This document shows positions 1-14,800 of a stretch of DNA of 64,000 nucleotides, piece after piece; position 1 is the stretch's first letter; the number at the start of each line of letters is the position of its first letter. Made by a program: the position numbers and the translations under genes. The notes under the pieces were generated by a model. It made no database searches and was not told the origin of the DNA. It saw nothing but the letters and a program-made list of their open reading frames with translations. Origin of the DNA: Gordius albopunctatus (Eukaryota); NCBI GenBank assembly GCA_964276515.1, contig OZ193909.1, positions 1,240,001-1,304,000 on the forward strand. Reading direction: 5' to 3'.

Positions 1-3000
1 ATTCTACTGAGGAAAATTGAATTAAGTACTGAGCAAAATAATTTGTTCTCATTTTTATAATTCAGAGATGTATTAATTTCTAATTTATCATTAACTTATC
101 TGTAATATTAAATCTATGAAGACATAAAAACAAAGTTAGTTAATATTCGTACTCCTGCTTTTAAAATTTACGGAATGTTAATTAAATATAAAGAATATGG
201 ATATTAAAACAATTTGGATTTAACTATAGATCAAACAGCAATATATGCCCCCAATAATTATATGAGAAGAGGTATTGTTGAGGATAGTTTTCGAAATGTC
301 AGAATTAATCACAGGTTTACTGCATTAGAAATTAATCAAATTTTAAAATATGTCTATTCTTCGTTCATTACTATAGCTTTTTTATCAAAACCAAATCAAA
401 TATGAGTGATTGGCTTTAATGCGCATTTGTTGATGGTCTATTCGTATGCCCGTCTGTCTGTGGCTCTGCTGATTCGAATAACCTTAAGTATTTATATAAA
501 AAATAAATAGTGAAGATAAATGATATGTAAATATAATACCATTTTTTTACACACTTTTAGCTCATAGTTATAAAATACATGCTAAAATATTTGAATTAAT
601 AAAGGGAATAGAGCCATGCGTCAAAATTATATTGGAATTTACATATATTACCTTGTATAAGCAAGCTATAATGTTAAATCAGCTGTTGCATGCACGCACA
701 GTTTTAAATCTCCTATCAAATTATGCGAAATTTAAAACTTTGAATAATTCTTAAAAAGTAAGCTTACTAAATTTTTGCAAATATCTTTTTTGACCTAATT
801 GTATATGTTAAGAGTCGATTTTTGATTATTTGGTAAAAACGTTATCTATTAAATTTGCTTAATACTCATAAACATTTATTTTTATATCTTGGCTTATTAA
901 GTAACACTGTTTTATAATACTTATTGAAGTAATCTATGCATTTTATGTGTTTATGTAAAATATTTTTAAGGTACTTATAATTTTTTCTACTATTTTTAAA
1001 ACATTGCAATTTTATGTTTAGTGTTGAAACAATGTTTCAATATTCAACTCAAATTAATAATTATAATTGTTAATAAAAAATCTTAGTTTTTTTATTTCTT
1101 GAATTATATCTACTTTTCTTTCTTCAATTATATCTAAAAACATAACCTCAAACAATCCATGATGTAATGTAATAAATGATTTATAAATTCCGAATCACCT
1201 TGATCTTCCTGTGTTATCTATCATGTGTGTTTAATATTCATTCCCAATTGATGCCTTAAGGCTGTATTAATTATTCCCCTTTAACCCCAAATCAAACTTT
1301 AAAAAGATAGTCATTTACTATTCTGACTGATTATATCTATGCTTTTTTGGGAAAAATAATTTATTATCTACACTTTTTAGCCTTGATTTTGCTGAAAATT
1401 TTATTTTAAGCCACCTAAATATATGAACTAACTTTAGGAAAAACCATGATTTTTGAATTAATTTTCTTTTAATTTTAAAATTATATAATATATAAAAGAT
1501 TATTTTTAAATAAACAACATTTCTGACAAATGTAGATTTTGTTTGAAAGAGATTAAATCATAGCAGACATTAATACTGCCATTTTTGGATATAAAATGTT
1601 AAATTACATTTTAAATCAACAAAACACTTTTAACACAGATTAAACCCACATGCTGTTTTAGTTTTATTTCAAAATTAGATATGAAGTTTGCTAAGAGCTT
1701 AACAATTTATGTTAGAATAGTAATTTATCTTGCTCTAACTTTGAAAAGTGTTTAAAAGATGGCCATTTAAAGTTGGACAATTACAGTGAAATCCTTGAAA
1801 ACTTTTAAGACACATTCAAATCATATTATCATTCGAGAAAAGGACAGATAGGCACATTGAGGACGAACTTAATTGATGTGTCATATACAAGTTTAAATGA
1901 TGCTCTGTACGACCTCGAGAAGAAATTATAGATATAATGGAGACCGGGATTACTTTTATATCTTTTCAATTATTTTTAAAATTAATAACCATAAAACATT
2001 AAAATTTTAACCATATATATGTGTATTTTGTCATAAAGTATATCAAGAATTTTAATAGAGAAGAAACGTTTTTTGGTCCTATATTTTAGACGAATTTAAG
2101 TTTTATCTTATAAAGAGGGATGTTTTTATATAAAAACCGTCTAATATAATTAAAATTTTACTTGCGTAACTGCTACCATATTCCTAAAATCCATGTTTTA
2201 CATAAAAAAAAAAGTTATTTGCTTATAATTTTTGTTTTGTTAGGAGCTCTACTGTATCAGTAGTTTAAGCATTTATCTTTCGGGACGGGGGTTTAGAAGT
2301 CGCTAATACGTTTTCTTAGTGCAAAATTCATGAAAAGATTTATTTTTTAAAATGAAAGCATTGAGAGCTCTGGCAATTTTTGAATTGGTAAAGTTTAAAT
2401 AACAAAGTCATAAAATTATGATATTTAAGTTTTCAGGACCCCCCCCCCCTTCGTTTGGAATCAAATTTATTTGGCATGTTTTGATTTTATAGCGTAGTCT
2501 GCTGGCATTCAAACCCACTAATTTGACCCCATGTTTTGGCGCTTTTCATCTATCGAACCCGTTAGCAACCTCACTAAAAGCATTTGAGGGCGAAGGGGTT
2601 TTAAGATTGTGGTGGCATGGGCATACACTAGTGTTGTAAAAACAGCTGGGTTTTATTTGGTTAAACCTTGATTCAACAAAGGACTTCGGATTCAGATTCA
2701 AACGGCGCTAATTCATCTTTATCAAATATCCGATCCAATTTCACGTGTCAAACTCCGTTGTAATGACTAATATTCTGTTTTTTGATAGTTAAAAACGTTT
2801 TTTTGTTTTTGTTTATTTCAACTCTCGAGATTAATCGCTGTTTTGTTAGCCGTCTTAAATGTAAATCTGCTGTATGTTATTATAACCCGTGCAACGATTT
2901 TTGCTGCGCCGCAAAATCCCATATTAAGACAAGCCCTAAGACTAGCGGTCGATTCTGGCCTGGTTTTCCAATTTCTACTAAGCTTAGAGGTCCACCAAAA

Positions 3001-4438
3001 AATTTGGTCTGAGAAGAGAGAAAGTAGTGGACACGGAGGTACCGGGGGGGGGCAAGAGAGGAAGAGGACGACCTCGTGTCTGTCACGTGACAAGGGCACG
3101 CGGCCAAAGTTATGACCGCTAAGAAGATTAATCAGGAGACGGGCGGCCCTTACCCGATCAAGATGGCGGAAACTCATACCAAATACTTGATTAGATGAGA
3201 AGATTATAAAAATAAACTAATTTAATGAAATGGCCGGCCGCGTGACAGCAATTTTTTTGGAAGGCAAGATTTAATAGGAATTGAGTTATCCCTTATCAAC
3301 AAATAGACTCGTATTTTTGCACTTTGAAAGGGGACCAATGCTTTATTTTCGTAATTTTAATTTAAATTAATATTTTTCAACGGCTTTTTTTGTATAGAGA
3401 GATACAAAAGAGTGTTGTTGCAATATAGGAAATATGTTTTAATTTGTCGCGCCACTAAAACCATTAGTACGCAGCGATAGAAGTGTCCTTGTAAAATTGT
3501 AGATTCGAGATCCCCTCTCCTTTCGCATTAGCGTAAAGTCACCGACTAAGCTGAGCTAATTCATAAACGAAGCGTTGCCCTCAAGGTCTCCTGTCCGAAA
3601 CTTTAAATTTTACACGTTATTTATCTTTTCCCACCAAGACCAAAGGCCATTTCAAAATGGCGCTCACTAGCTAGCTATAGCGACATCTAGTGCAACTAGT
3701 AGTAGTTACGTTAGTAAGTCACCTTTGCTGCTTTATTATGCCTTTTGCGTTGGAGCGTGAAGATTATAAGGCTAACGCGCTTAATTTTAAAATGATGAGA
3801 GATATTATTTATGTTATTATAATCCTATCGACCGTATTACGTAATGGTTGCGGGGCATGCTCCCCTGCTACCTTATGAATCATCGCGACTATTTTGAAAT
3901 GCTCAATATCGACGTTTTCTTAAGTTGATCGGATCTTTCTAGAAAATATATATCTCAACATGTGCGTTACCAGAATCGGGATTAGAGGGTGGGGATGCAA
4001 TAATGATTTAGTCGGGGCAAAATAATTATTTTTCGAAATTTTAGCCATAAATTTTTAGATTAAGAGGGGGGCAGTGGCACCCCCGGTTACGCTCATCTAT
4101 CTCAGAATGGGTTGCGGAAAAGTACGTCTATGGTGTTTTTGAGTCTCAAGTTATTTTGACCTCGAAGAAGGTGCTTAACTGCGAATTTCAGGGTTAAACT
4201 AATAGATTTGTATTATTATATTTCTATTTGCGTTGTAAGAACGATTGGGTCTTATTTGGTCGACTCTAGGCGGTCTGGCTTAGTAGAAGACCTCTAGGCT
4301 TAGTCGAAATTTGGAAAACGGACCCGAATGGACCGTTAGTCGTAGTTGAACCGAAGTTTAACCAAACAGAACCCAGCTGTTTTTCAACTCCAAGGTCTCG
4401 ATCGCGATATTTTGCCTACGTTTAGGCGCGTGGTTAAT

Positions 4439-4460
4439 GAGAGAGAGAGAGAGAGAGAGA
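4439..4460. repeat. (GA)n microsatellite
   Basis: Direct reading. Confidence 0.95.
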
Positions 4461-5831
4461 AAGGTGTATACGTAATAGTTGCGTATGATGATGACATTTT
4501 GCCTCCTTAATATTATGACACAAGGGCACGGGCCGGCCTTGAAATTTTATGTGTTAAATCGTGTCTCCTGGTTCTTGGTTGTTTGTGGCTGTTGAAAGTG
4601 GGAGCTATTAAATTTATTCGCGACTTTTATTGAATGCCACGAAATTTATGACCAAAAATGTCCGGCTTGACCTTCCCGTCTTTTTATAAATTTTTAGCTG
4701 GGTCAGATTTCACAGGTTTTGATCGGGGATTTCTCATTTGGATAGCACTCGGTTGATCTTAAATAAAAAAAAGTCGTTTTGATATATTGTTGAAATAAGG
4801 ATTTTAAATACGATTCCGTTTTGGGTTTGAAACTCGTATTTTAGGATTGTAATTAAGCTATGATATTTGTGAAACGCTGTTTTAATCTATTTTATATGTT
4901 TGCATCGACTTTTAGAACGATTTTAAAACTTTTCACACCAAGTTTTTCGATGACTTGGGGTCACTAGGACCCCACCCGACCAACGAAAAGTTAATTGAAA
5001 GTCTCGATTTGTTTATTACTTGTTCTTTAACTATGATTTCTTACATTTTGTAGTAGTGGAAATGTTTAATATATTTCCAGACTCAGCCAGGTGGTTTTGT
5101 ATGAGGTGTTTATTTGATATTTTTATCTTATATATAGATATCGTCGAGGTGGAGATTACTGCTGTAATAAGGTGTTAACTCATATCATAACACTAATCAT
5201 GTGATTAACAACCCTTTCTTCTCCCCTCTTAAACCCCTTCTTGACCTGTCGTCCTTTGCCTCCTCCCTCCATTCTCAAATCCTCAGTTTTTTCACGTCAA
5301 TCATTCTTCGCTCCTCACCCCTTCCCCCTAACCAACTAACTGCCCCCGCATATTTATTTGCTCTCAACTTGACCGCAACCCAAGTCCCTTCCATTTGCAC
5401 TTTGGCGAAGGTGAGAGAGATCCTTATTTGCCTTAACAGCAGTTGGCTTTTCAATTAACTTAATTACGACTAGCGTCGCCACTTGAATATGTACTGTCTG
5501 TCGTCTAGACGTTTCAAGCAATATAAATAACAATGTGTCCCCCCCCTTAAAATGTGTATTGGTTTTTTATTTAATGCACGCGGACGTTGTAGCCAGCGTT
5601 GGAATTTGACATTTTAGCCACATAATTTTATTAAATTACAACAAATTTTTGGATCTTGCACCCGCCGCCCCCCCCCGTCACCCTTTTTGGCGACGCCTAT
5701 GATCCCGTGGATTCTTTATTAATTTTTTGCTAATCAATATTTTATTTAGAATCATTTATTATTTCACCCTCCCCCCACCTGGAATATTTTGAATATTGAT
5801 TTCCGATGTTTAAGACAAAACGCAATAAAGC

Positions 5832-8800
5832 ATGACGAGAGACGAACGATTCGTACCGGCACGTGATTACGAACCACGTGACCTAGCTTCTCCCGGTGAT
5901 AAGCTGATCGAAGGGCGTCGCCGGCCCGACCCTTACTACCATCCCTCACCCCTCGCACGACCACTTAGTTATTCGGGGTATGGGCCGGAGATTCAAGATG
6001 GCCGCCCGCGTGGTTTGAAATCAGCTGTTGATTCCGACGAAGGCATTCATTCGTTGGGAGAAGAACAAATGGGATTTGGGGTAAAAAATAGTGGCCCGAA
6101 TGTTGTTAATTAAGTTATAAATTTAAAATAATTTTAATAATAATGAATTTACTCTGATTTATGTGTTTAATTTGAGATATTATGGCTTAAAAAATTAATT
6201 TTTTTTCAAAATATAACCCTTGTTATAGAGCTTTTTAAAGTTTAAAGTCCTGAAAACCCTTAAATAGAGCTCTATTATTTTGTTTTTTATTTTTGGAATT
6301 GATTACCATTTTAAAATGTTGGTGGTTTAAACTTTATGTACCACATAATTACTATATGACTATTTACTACTTTTTTGCACCAAACCTGTTACAATAATAC
6401 TTTTATAATAATTAGCGTAGTTTAAAAATTGTTTAGTTGAAAATTGATTAAAATTAATATTTTTTAGTTTTTTAAAAAAAAATTATGTTATAAACATCAT
6501 ACATTTGTCGTACATATTCCTTAGGATACGTTTAAATCGATGAGTAGTAGGACTATGTCACCAATCGGCACAGATAACACAATCAAAAATGGTGCACCCA
6601 AAAAATCGAAATCATTTAAAGGGGGTAATGATGGAAAATTGGGGTCCGGCCCTTCACCCCAGCGAACATTTTACGCGTTCGAGAAGGTTCGCGAAGGAAT
6701 TTTGTAAGATTTCCCTAACCTATTCAAACTTTATAATCTTTCTTTTTCTCACATATGTTTAATAAAGACAAAAAATATTCTTTTTAAAATAATAGGAGGT
6801 TTTAGTGCTGAGTATTGTCAAGTTTATTTGCTGTTATGCCCAGTAAGACTTTGAAATCAGGAACGAATAGTGTTTCGGGCTAACTATAATACTTACGTGA
6901 ACTCTTTTCTGTAACTGTTGTTTTACTTTACGTTCTTCTTCGTTATCACTCTAACAACTCTATTATACTTGTTGTAAGAGAGGGGTTGGTGGAAAATGAG
7001 ATATTACTACTAAATTATATAACTGGTGGTGTGTATGTGTTGATATTTTTTTGTAATTTTTTTTTGTTGGTGCTAAAGCTTTTTTTCTCACGCAGATTTA
7101 GTTGGGGAATTTTGAATGTGAAATAGAAGAGATGAGATAGAATACGCGCACCTTCTGGGTTTTGCCTTTGAAATGATTTAATTGCTTTCATTGTGGTTGA
7201 TATGCCTGGAGTATCGCTATGCCAGCTTTGATCCGTGAAGTTTTAAGCTGATTACTAAAAAATGTATATTGAGAATTCAGTCCATCTTGAAAAATTGAAA
7301 GTTTTTGAAAACCTCAAAGGGCATATCTGATTGTTTATAAAGAGATAGTTTGTTATATACACCTTTTAAACTCGTTTAGTTAATACGATTTTAGATCCGA
7401 AATTAAGAAATAACTAATATAAACATCGGTAAAAATTATATTTTCGAGAAAGAATTCTGCACATACAATATAATAAATTACCATTTTTAAGAATTCTTAA
7501 TATTGAATGTTATTAAAAGGCGATTCAATGTAAATTGATAGTAAATTTTAACTGATATAGTTTGAAATTTAAATTGGTTTATCTAAAACCAAACGATAAA
7601 TTGTTCATAATCTGTCGTAATTAATTTTATCTCGAATTTAATGCAATTTAGTTACCATTGAATTTTTGAACTAATATTATTTAATTTTATAATAAAGCAA
7701 GCTTAGGCCATATTAATAAAATAAGATTCACATAAAACATGTCACTAACTTTGCTCAAACATTATGTTAGAAAATTAAAGCTAATTTCCATTTTTCGTTA
7801 AAAAAAGAAGCTCAATTTTAATGCACGAAAAAATTCAAATGCTTCAACATAACCGATTTATGTATTAATAAGCTAAATGAAATTCATTAGCTCAGCTTTG
7901 GGTTAGTTTTTTGAGTGGGCATGTTACTTCCCTAACTATTAACTTCCTTTTGTAGGGTGTGGGAAAAATAATTATTGATTGCTTATCGATTATTGAACCC
8001 CAATCAATCAATAACACTATGATGCGCTCATTTATTCTAGTTAAGTCAATGATCTTTAAACCCCCCCCCCCTCCAACAGCATTTAAATTTGGTAAATTTC
8101 AAACTTGTAATTAGCATTCCGAAATTTAATTCTAAACAAATTTTTGAAATTTAAGCTTTACCACGTGCGTAGCCGGAGGGGCGCAGGGGCAGGGGCGGCT
8201 GACCCCCTCTAAATTCCCAAAATTTGTTGAAATTCATTAAAATTTGAAAAAATTATCATTTTACCGATCCTCCCCCAATCCCAATGCTGGCTGGGTACGC
8301 CCGTCAGGTTTACCATTTCATTTGCAGGTTCTTACTTGAAGAAGGACTGCACTCGCGATTACTCTGTACTGTAGTGTAGCAAGTGTAGTTTTGTAAAAAT
8401 GGCTGCTGTGTTGGGTTCATGTTTAGTCCACCATTACTTTTAGTCGCCTAAACATTCTTGGTGCCTGCTCCTCTCATAGACGAATAGACTGCTCATCTCT
8501 CATATATTCTTCACGCATCAAAAGTGTCGCCAAACGCGACCGCCATTTTGATGAGCGAAGTAGAGTTTTTTGTATAGCGATTATGGATTGGATTGCATTG
8601 GACAATAATAATAATCATCATCGTTGTTGATCTTACAACATCATGAAACAACCCATTTTAATGATTGTGGCGATTTTAAAAATTTATCAAACCATATGAA
8701 TCGACCCAAATTCATGTTTCACTCGTTAAAATGGCTTCCAAAATGGGGTACACTTTTTAAAAGGGAATGAGCAGGCAGTCTATTAGTCTATGCTTTTTCT

Positions 8801-11800
8801 TAGTCGATCTCTGCGCGGAGTCGAAATTTGCCAAACAGACCAGAGTTGGTCGCTACTCTTAGTTGAACCGTGATGCATGGATTCAATAAACGATGCCCAG
8901 CCGTTGTTACAAGTCTTGTAGAAAGTTCAGCTTTCAATCAAAATACAAATGAAATATTAGGCTAAATTTTATAAAAAAAAATACCCATTTCCAAAAGTTT
9001 TGAATGTAACCCGGCGGGCGGATAATTCATAAAATTTGATGTAAAAAGGGAATTTATACTGAGCAAAATAGGAAGATAAAATGTGGAATTTTTTATTTTC
9101 ACGTGTAAATTATGGTACGCGTTCACCACAGGAATTACGTGCAACACTTGAAAACTCGGATAGCGGAGCTTACGGATAAATTTGAACGTGGTTTTTTTGG
9201 GCAGTACGGAACCGTTAGTGGGCGTTTTTGGAGCGAAAACCCGGAGCGATTCCGAAATTCGGATGGGTTCAAACCCGTTCCGAGCCCGGTTCCTAACACG
9301 AACCCCGTCAGCCTGGAGAAGAGAATCAAAAATGCCGAGCGCCTTCTCAAGCATTTAGAGTATCATTGCACCAAGGTGGACAGGCTGCACGACGACTACT
9401 TGCAGAATCACAAACTTCGAGAAGGTAATGACAAAATGTATCCTGTCTGTCTTATTGGTCATTTTTTATTTTTTAGATTTCATGGGCCTAGCCGGTGGGG
9501 TTGGGAGTGGGCGGCGTCTTCCCCCCTCTAAATCCAATAAATCCAAAATTTGTGGAAATTTATCCCCTCTATTCCCAACGCTGGCTAGGCCCACTTTAGA
9601 TTCAATACAGATATTTTATTGTAAAATTGCTAAAATTTTGGTTTTTTTCTTTTCTCTCTCTCTCTCTCTCATTTAGTGCGCATTTATTATTATATGTGAA
9701 ATGAATAGACTGTTTGTTTAGTTTTAGCAATAAGTTTCTCGGCCAAAATTCATTAAAGGCTAAGAATTTAAAAATTTATGCCCCACAACGATAGGCTTAA
9801 AAATCCACAACTTTATTATTATTATATAATTCATTGTTTTGATAAAACTTAATCTACGATTTTTTTCTTGTTCATTTGTGCAACAGGAGCCAAAACGATG
9901 TCATTTGCGTATTGCGACCCCAATAACTTGGTGTCCTCGTCGACGAAAAGTATGAAAGAATCCCTTCAGGGTCTGGACGTTGAGCGTAAAACTTGCGAAT
10001 TGGCCATGTGCAAAATAGAGACCAAGTTACAAGAACTCATGGGTTCCTATCACTTTTGCATCAAGGGTATTATACCCCTTTGCCTCGCCCCCCCCCTAGA
10101 GTAGAGGCCTGCACGGGTCACCCGGACCCGACCTTAAAAATTTAAAAACGCTTTCGAGTCGGGTCGTGTTCGGGTTGAAATTTTAAAAAGGCTTTCGGGT
10201 CGGGTTCGGGTTCAAAATTTTAAAACGCTTTCGGGGCGGGTCGGGTTCGGGTTGAAAAAAAGTGAATTTGCAGGCCTCTAACTTAGAGCCCTGCACGGTG
10301 TGAAGTGTTTTTTGGGGGAGATAACATCGTGTGGCCATTTAAAACTTCAAAATTAATTTTACACCAAAAACCTTTTCTACTTTCGGGGCGGGTCGGGTTC
10401 GGATTAAAAAAGTGACTTTGCAGAGCTCTAACCCCCCCCCCCTTCCATTTTTATAGTAAATTTGTGTTTATTGTTATCGATGGATTTTATGGTTTTACAG
10501 AGATCGCTGGTTTTGCGAGAATAGGGTCTGGGGATCAATTTGAAATAGTGGTTAGGTATGGGGGCTGCAAAAAATTGAAAGCGCATTGCAGAGTAAATCG
10601 CAAATTGGAACAGCATTGGGATAGGCGAGGAGCCGCTTTCCCCTGTCTCATACACGACGTCTTGGAATTAAAGGTACACTCTGGGGTCAATCTGACCCCC
10701 AAGCTTATTTTACTCTTTTTTCCCACACACAAAAAATATAAAATATTATTCTTTTTGGAGCTTTTAACTAACTTGTTTACAGGCGAAAGAATTGAAAACG
10801 TTCGGGAAGAATGCGCAACTCATCAGAACGATCTTGGACCCCGTGGAGATGTTGTCAATAGTGCCTATTTTGAAATTCGTGAAATTAAACCAGAACGGTT
10901 CCTTGAAATTGAATATGCTATTTTTTTGGAAGTATGTTTTACTTTTTTCATAAAGTTTTTTTTTAAATTAAATTTTAATGTTACTATTTATAAATGTTGA
11001 AATTGTTGTTTTTCCAAGAGGTGAATTTGCAAAAATAGTGTTGACAGAGAAATAATATTGTTTAGAGCTAGGCCTTTTAGAAGAACCACGGCAATGTAAA
11101 AAGTGTCTTGTCGGTGAAAATTTACTATAAAGTTAAGGCAGGAAATTTATCCTTTTTACGTTTGCTAAATCTTGTCACTCTTTATTTAATCACACCTATT
11201 CCAAAATGCCTTCTTTAACATGACATTTTTAAAGATTTGTCCGTAATTTATGGCACCCACTATGCCCTTTTATAACGTATTTAATAATTCAATAGTCGAA
11301 ACTTCTTAATCGCAAATCGGATTATCGCGAAATCTTTTAATCGCGAAATTAACCGCCATTTTGTTTTTTTCAAACGATAATATTAACAAAAACATTGCTA
11401 ATTTACAAATCGCTTAATAGTAAAATATCGGATATGCACAAACATTTTCGAGTTCTTAAATCAACCATACAATTATATAAAATATCGTTTTATTGCGAAG
11501 CGTAGGAAATAAATATTTACTATATATCTTTATATATTTAATATATTCTCTTTTTCCATCTTTTAATCGCGAAATATCGGTTAATCGCGATTTTTTGAGG
11601 CCCAAGGCTTTGCAATTTAACGGTTTTGACTATAAATGCTGTAAAAACCGCTGGGTTTGTTTGGTCGACCTTTGGTTCAACTGAGACTAGCGGTTGATTC
11701 AGGTCTGTTTTTCGAATTTCGACTAAGCCTAAAGGTCAACCAAGACAAGGAAAGACCAAAAAACCGTTGGTCTGTCTATGTTTAGTTGGCTAAGACCAAA

Positions 11801-14800
11801 GACTATTTTTACAACATTATTCAATGCACGTCTTGTACAGTCCGTTGGGAAATGAGCCTGCTGAAGAGTTGGAGTATTTGTACGGGCAACAATTCATAGA
11901 CGCTTTCCTAACAACCCCGACCCCCTCGGAATTTCAACTACCCTTCCTACCCGTCCTAGATCACGTGACCGCATCCCAAACTATGCCAGCCCGAATAAGA
12001 GCCCCCGTCAACGCGATTAGCTCCTCCCCCGACCAATGGGATCGCGAGAAGTCGCGCGACAAGCCCATTAGCTCGCCAATCGATCAATGGGATCGTGAAC
12101 GCATCAAACCCATTAGTTCGTCAATTGACCAATGGGATCGCGAGCGAACGCGAGACAAAGCCGTCGATTCGTCGCTTGACCAATGGTATCAAGAGAAGGC
12201 ACGCGACAAGGCCATTAACTCGTCAAAGGACCAATGGGATCGTGAGTTGCCGCGAAACAAAAGAAACGTTCGAAAGAGTTTAGATCCATACTTGTATGCG
12301 ACGGAGGGCAGGGAGTTGATTGGAGGCCAACAGCCTTTAGAATCGACCCCTCAGAATGAAGACTCCGGTCGTCGTGTATGACATAAGATGCTATTTTTAA
12401 TTTTAATTCCTAATTTTACTTTTGTTTACTTTAAAAATTTTGAATGTATTATATATTTTTACATTCAAAAATACCTGCTCCAGCTTCTTTTTAAATATTA
12501 GATTAAATTTATAATTTAGTTTACTAGATCGAATGCCTAGTGACTTCATTTGAGGGTGATTCCTAAAAATTGTCTCAATCAAGATTTAGGATTTTTTCCT
12601 AAAAATTGGGGTTAGGGGGAAAACACTGATCATAATTATGAACCTATATATTTGTAGGGACCGGGTCTGCAAAGATCTTTCATCGTGGAAGAACAAGTGG
12701 CGGGATACGATTTTGGGGAAAATGGACAATTCGGTGGTGCTGGTACCCAAACCGTTGGGTGCCGAAATGACGAGGAGGGAAGCGGACAATTCGCCCAAAA
12801 GCGAGGTGTGCCCATCGAAAAGGCGAGGCCTAGGCCTGTCACGGTTTACGAAAATTATGGCCGGGAAAAGGCTGAGCCCTACGCGGTTGGAGAAAGTTAC
12901 GGGGCCGCCTCTAGGGTCAGACCAGATCTGCCCTTCACCCCCAGCCCTCAGGATTTTTCTTTGGGTCGTGATTTTGGACACGCCCTTGATGATGTTATTG
13001 AGGCAATTCAAACACGTGACGCCAGCCCGGGTGGGGAATTAATGGAATTGGAGGAAATACGGACAATGTTGCAACAATTTAGGATGCATTTGAGGGTAAT
13101 TGCACGTTTTACTTTTGATTTGCTTTGGTGATTATATATTTAGAGTATATTGGTACCTTCGTTACTTTGCCATTAAGTAATGTTCTTGAATTTTAATTTA
13201 AAATTCTATGACGGCCCTAAAAGTGTGATAATAAGAAAAGTAGTTTTATTAAGATATAGTTTGTATAAAATTAGTGTTAAAACATTAATCAATAACGTAC
13301 TTGCGACTTTTTTCACTTGCTTTCAAATTCATCCATAAAAATCGTCTGCGTTTGGATTTGTCCCCCCCGGACTACGCCCATGTTTGATGTACGATTAATT
13401 TGTCTAATATATGCTGTGCCATGTTAAATATCAAGGATTCTTCGCGCGAGAAGAAAAGGTATGGCAGGAGGAACAAAGGAGCTGGTGTCGGTAATTCTGG
13501 AGATTATGTGAATGGGGGAGATGGTATTTATTTGGGTAGTTTGTTTAGGAAAAATGTTGGGTCGGGGTCAAATGGCAACGACGACCCCTATGGGACTGGA
13601 CGATTTGGGTACCGAGACAACGTCGAAAAACAAAATGGCCGCCATACCCTGGAAGACAAACGCCGAACCTACAATTTCGAAACTACGCCTACCAGCTATT
13701 ACGCTTGCGAAGAAGAAAACGGTTGTTATAGTTATTTTCCCTACCTTTTACTCCAAATATTTTTGAATGGGTTTTGCTTTTGCTTTAAGATGTCTAGCCT
13801 ATTTTTATGGCGATTTAACCGTCATTTTTGGCAAAAGTAGGGATTTCTTATATACCCGAGGATGAAATATTTAAAATGTGGATCTAAATCATTATTGCTC
13901 CCCCCTCTAATTCCGATTCCGGCTACGGCCAGGAAAACTTAATAAAATTTTTTGGATTTCATCTCCACCTTTTATTTTGTTATTTCGTTTATTGTTAACC
14001 TACGGCTCAACAGCAACAAATTACGACTTGCAAAGGATTGAGATAAATAAATTTTTTGTGAAATTGTTGTAATAGTGAGGACTTGACTCCTTCCCCTGCT
14101 AATTGTAGTGTAAAATTTTTATTTCTCATTTCTAAACGCGTCTAAATCAAAGTGTTTATGTATTCCTGTTTATTTTGTGGGTTTTTTGGAAAAAATAGCA
14201 ACTCACCGACCTAATAGCAGAAACGTGGATATGGTATTGAAAAGTTTCGATTTCTTGGGCACACACAGTACTGCATCCAGGAATACGCCCCTCAATCGAT
14301 CGCACGACACTCTTCAGAATCAGTCCGAGTAACCTATTTATCCCATTATTTTTTAATTTTAAAAATAAATTTTTAGGAAAAATTCGAAAAAATTATCGTT
14401 TTGTCCCTAATTATGTCGCACGGGTCCTTTTATTTCAAATTACGGACTATTACCACTAGTGTTGTAAAAACGACTGGGCTTTTTTTGGTTTTAATTCCGG
14501 TCTGTTTTTCAAATTTCGACTAAACCTTGGAGCCGACGAAGACATACGGAGACCAAAAACTTGCGTTTTTTACGTTTGAATCGTAATTTTAATAATAAAA
14601 AAATGGATATTACGCGTTAAACTTGCAAATTTTGAGGTCGAGGATCAGCTTGACATTCCTCGCTAAAACGCCTTGAAGTAAACAAAAGGGTCATTTTATA
14701 TCTTAAATATATTATTACGAGATTGCCAGAGAAAGATCTTTAAATAACGTATAAAGACCGCTCGGTTATAAGTCCAATTATGGCACTTTATACGTAGGAT

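Noticed and set aside
190..1935. Exon-like stretches on the + strand (214-320, 561-753, ~1700-1931)
   Set aside because: No recognisable domain, in-frame stops in the last stretch and no consistent splice chain; could be a decayed gene but cannot be supported.
2782..3177. Four overlapping short ORFs
   Set aside because: They overlap nested MITEs and a GC-rich probable regulatory region; no protein signature.
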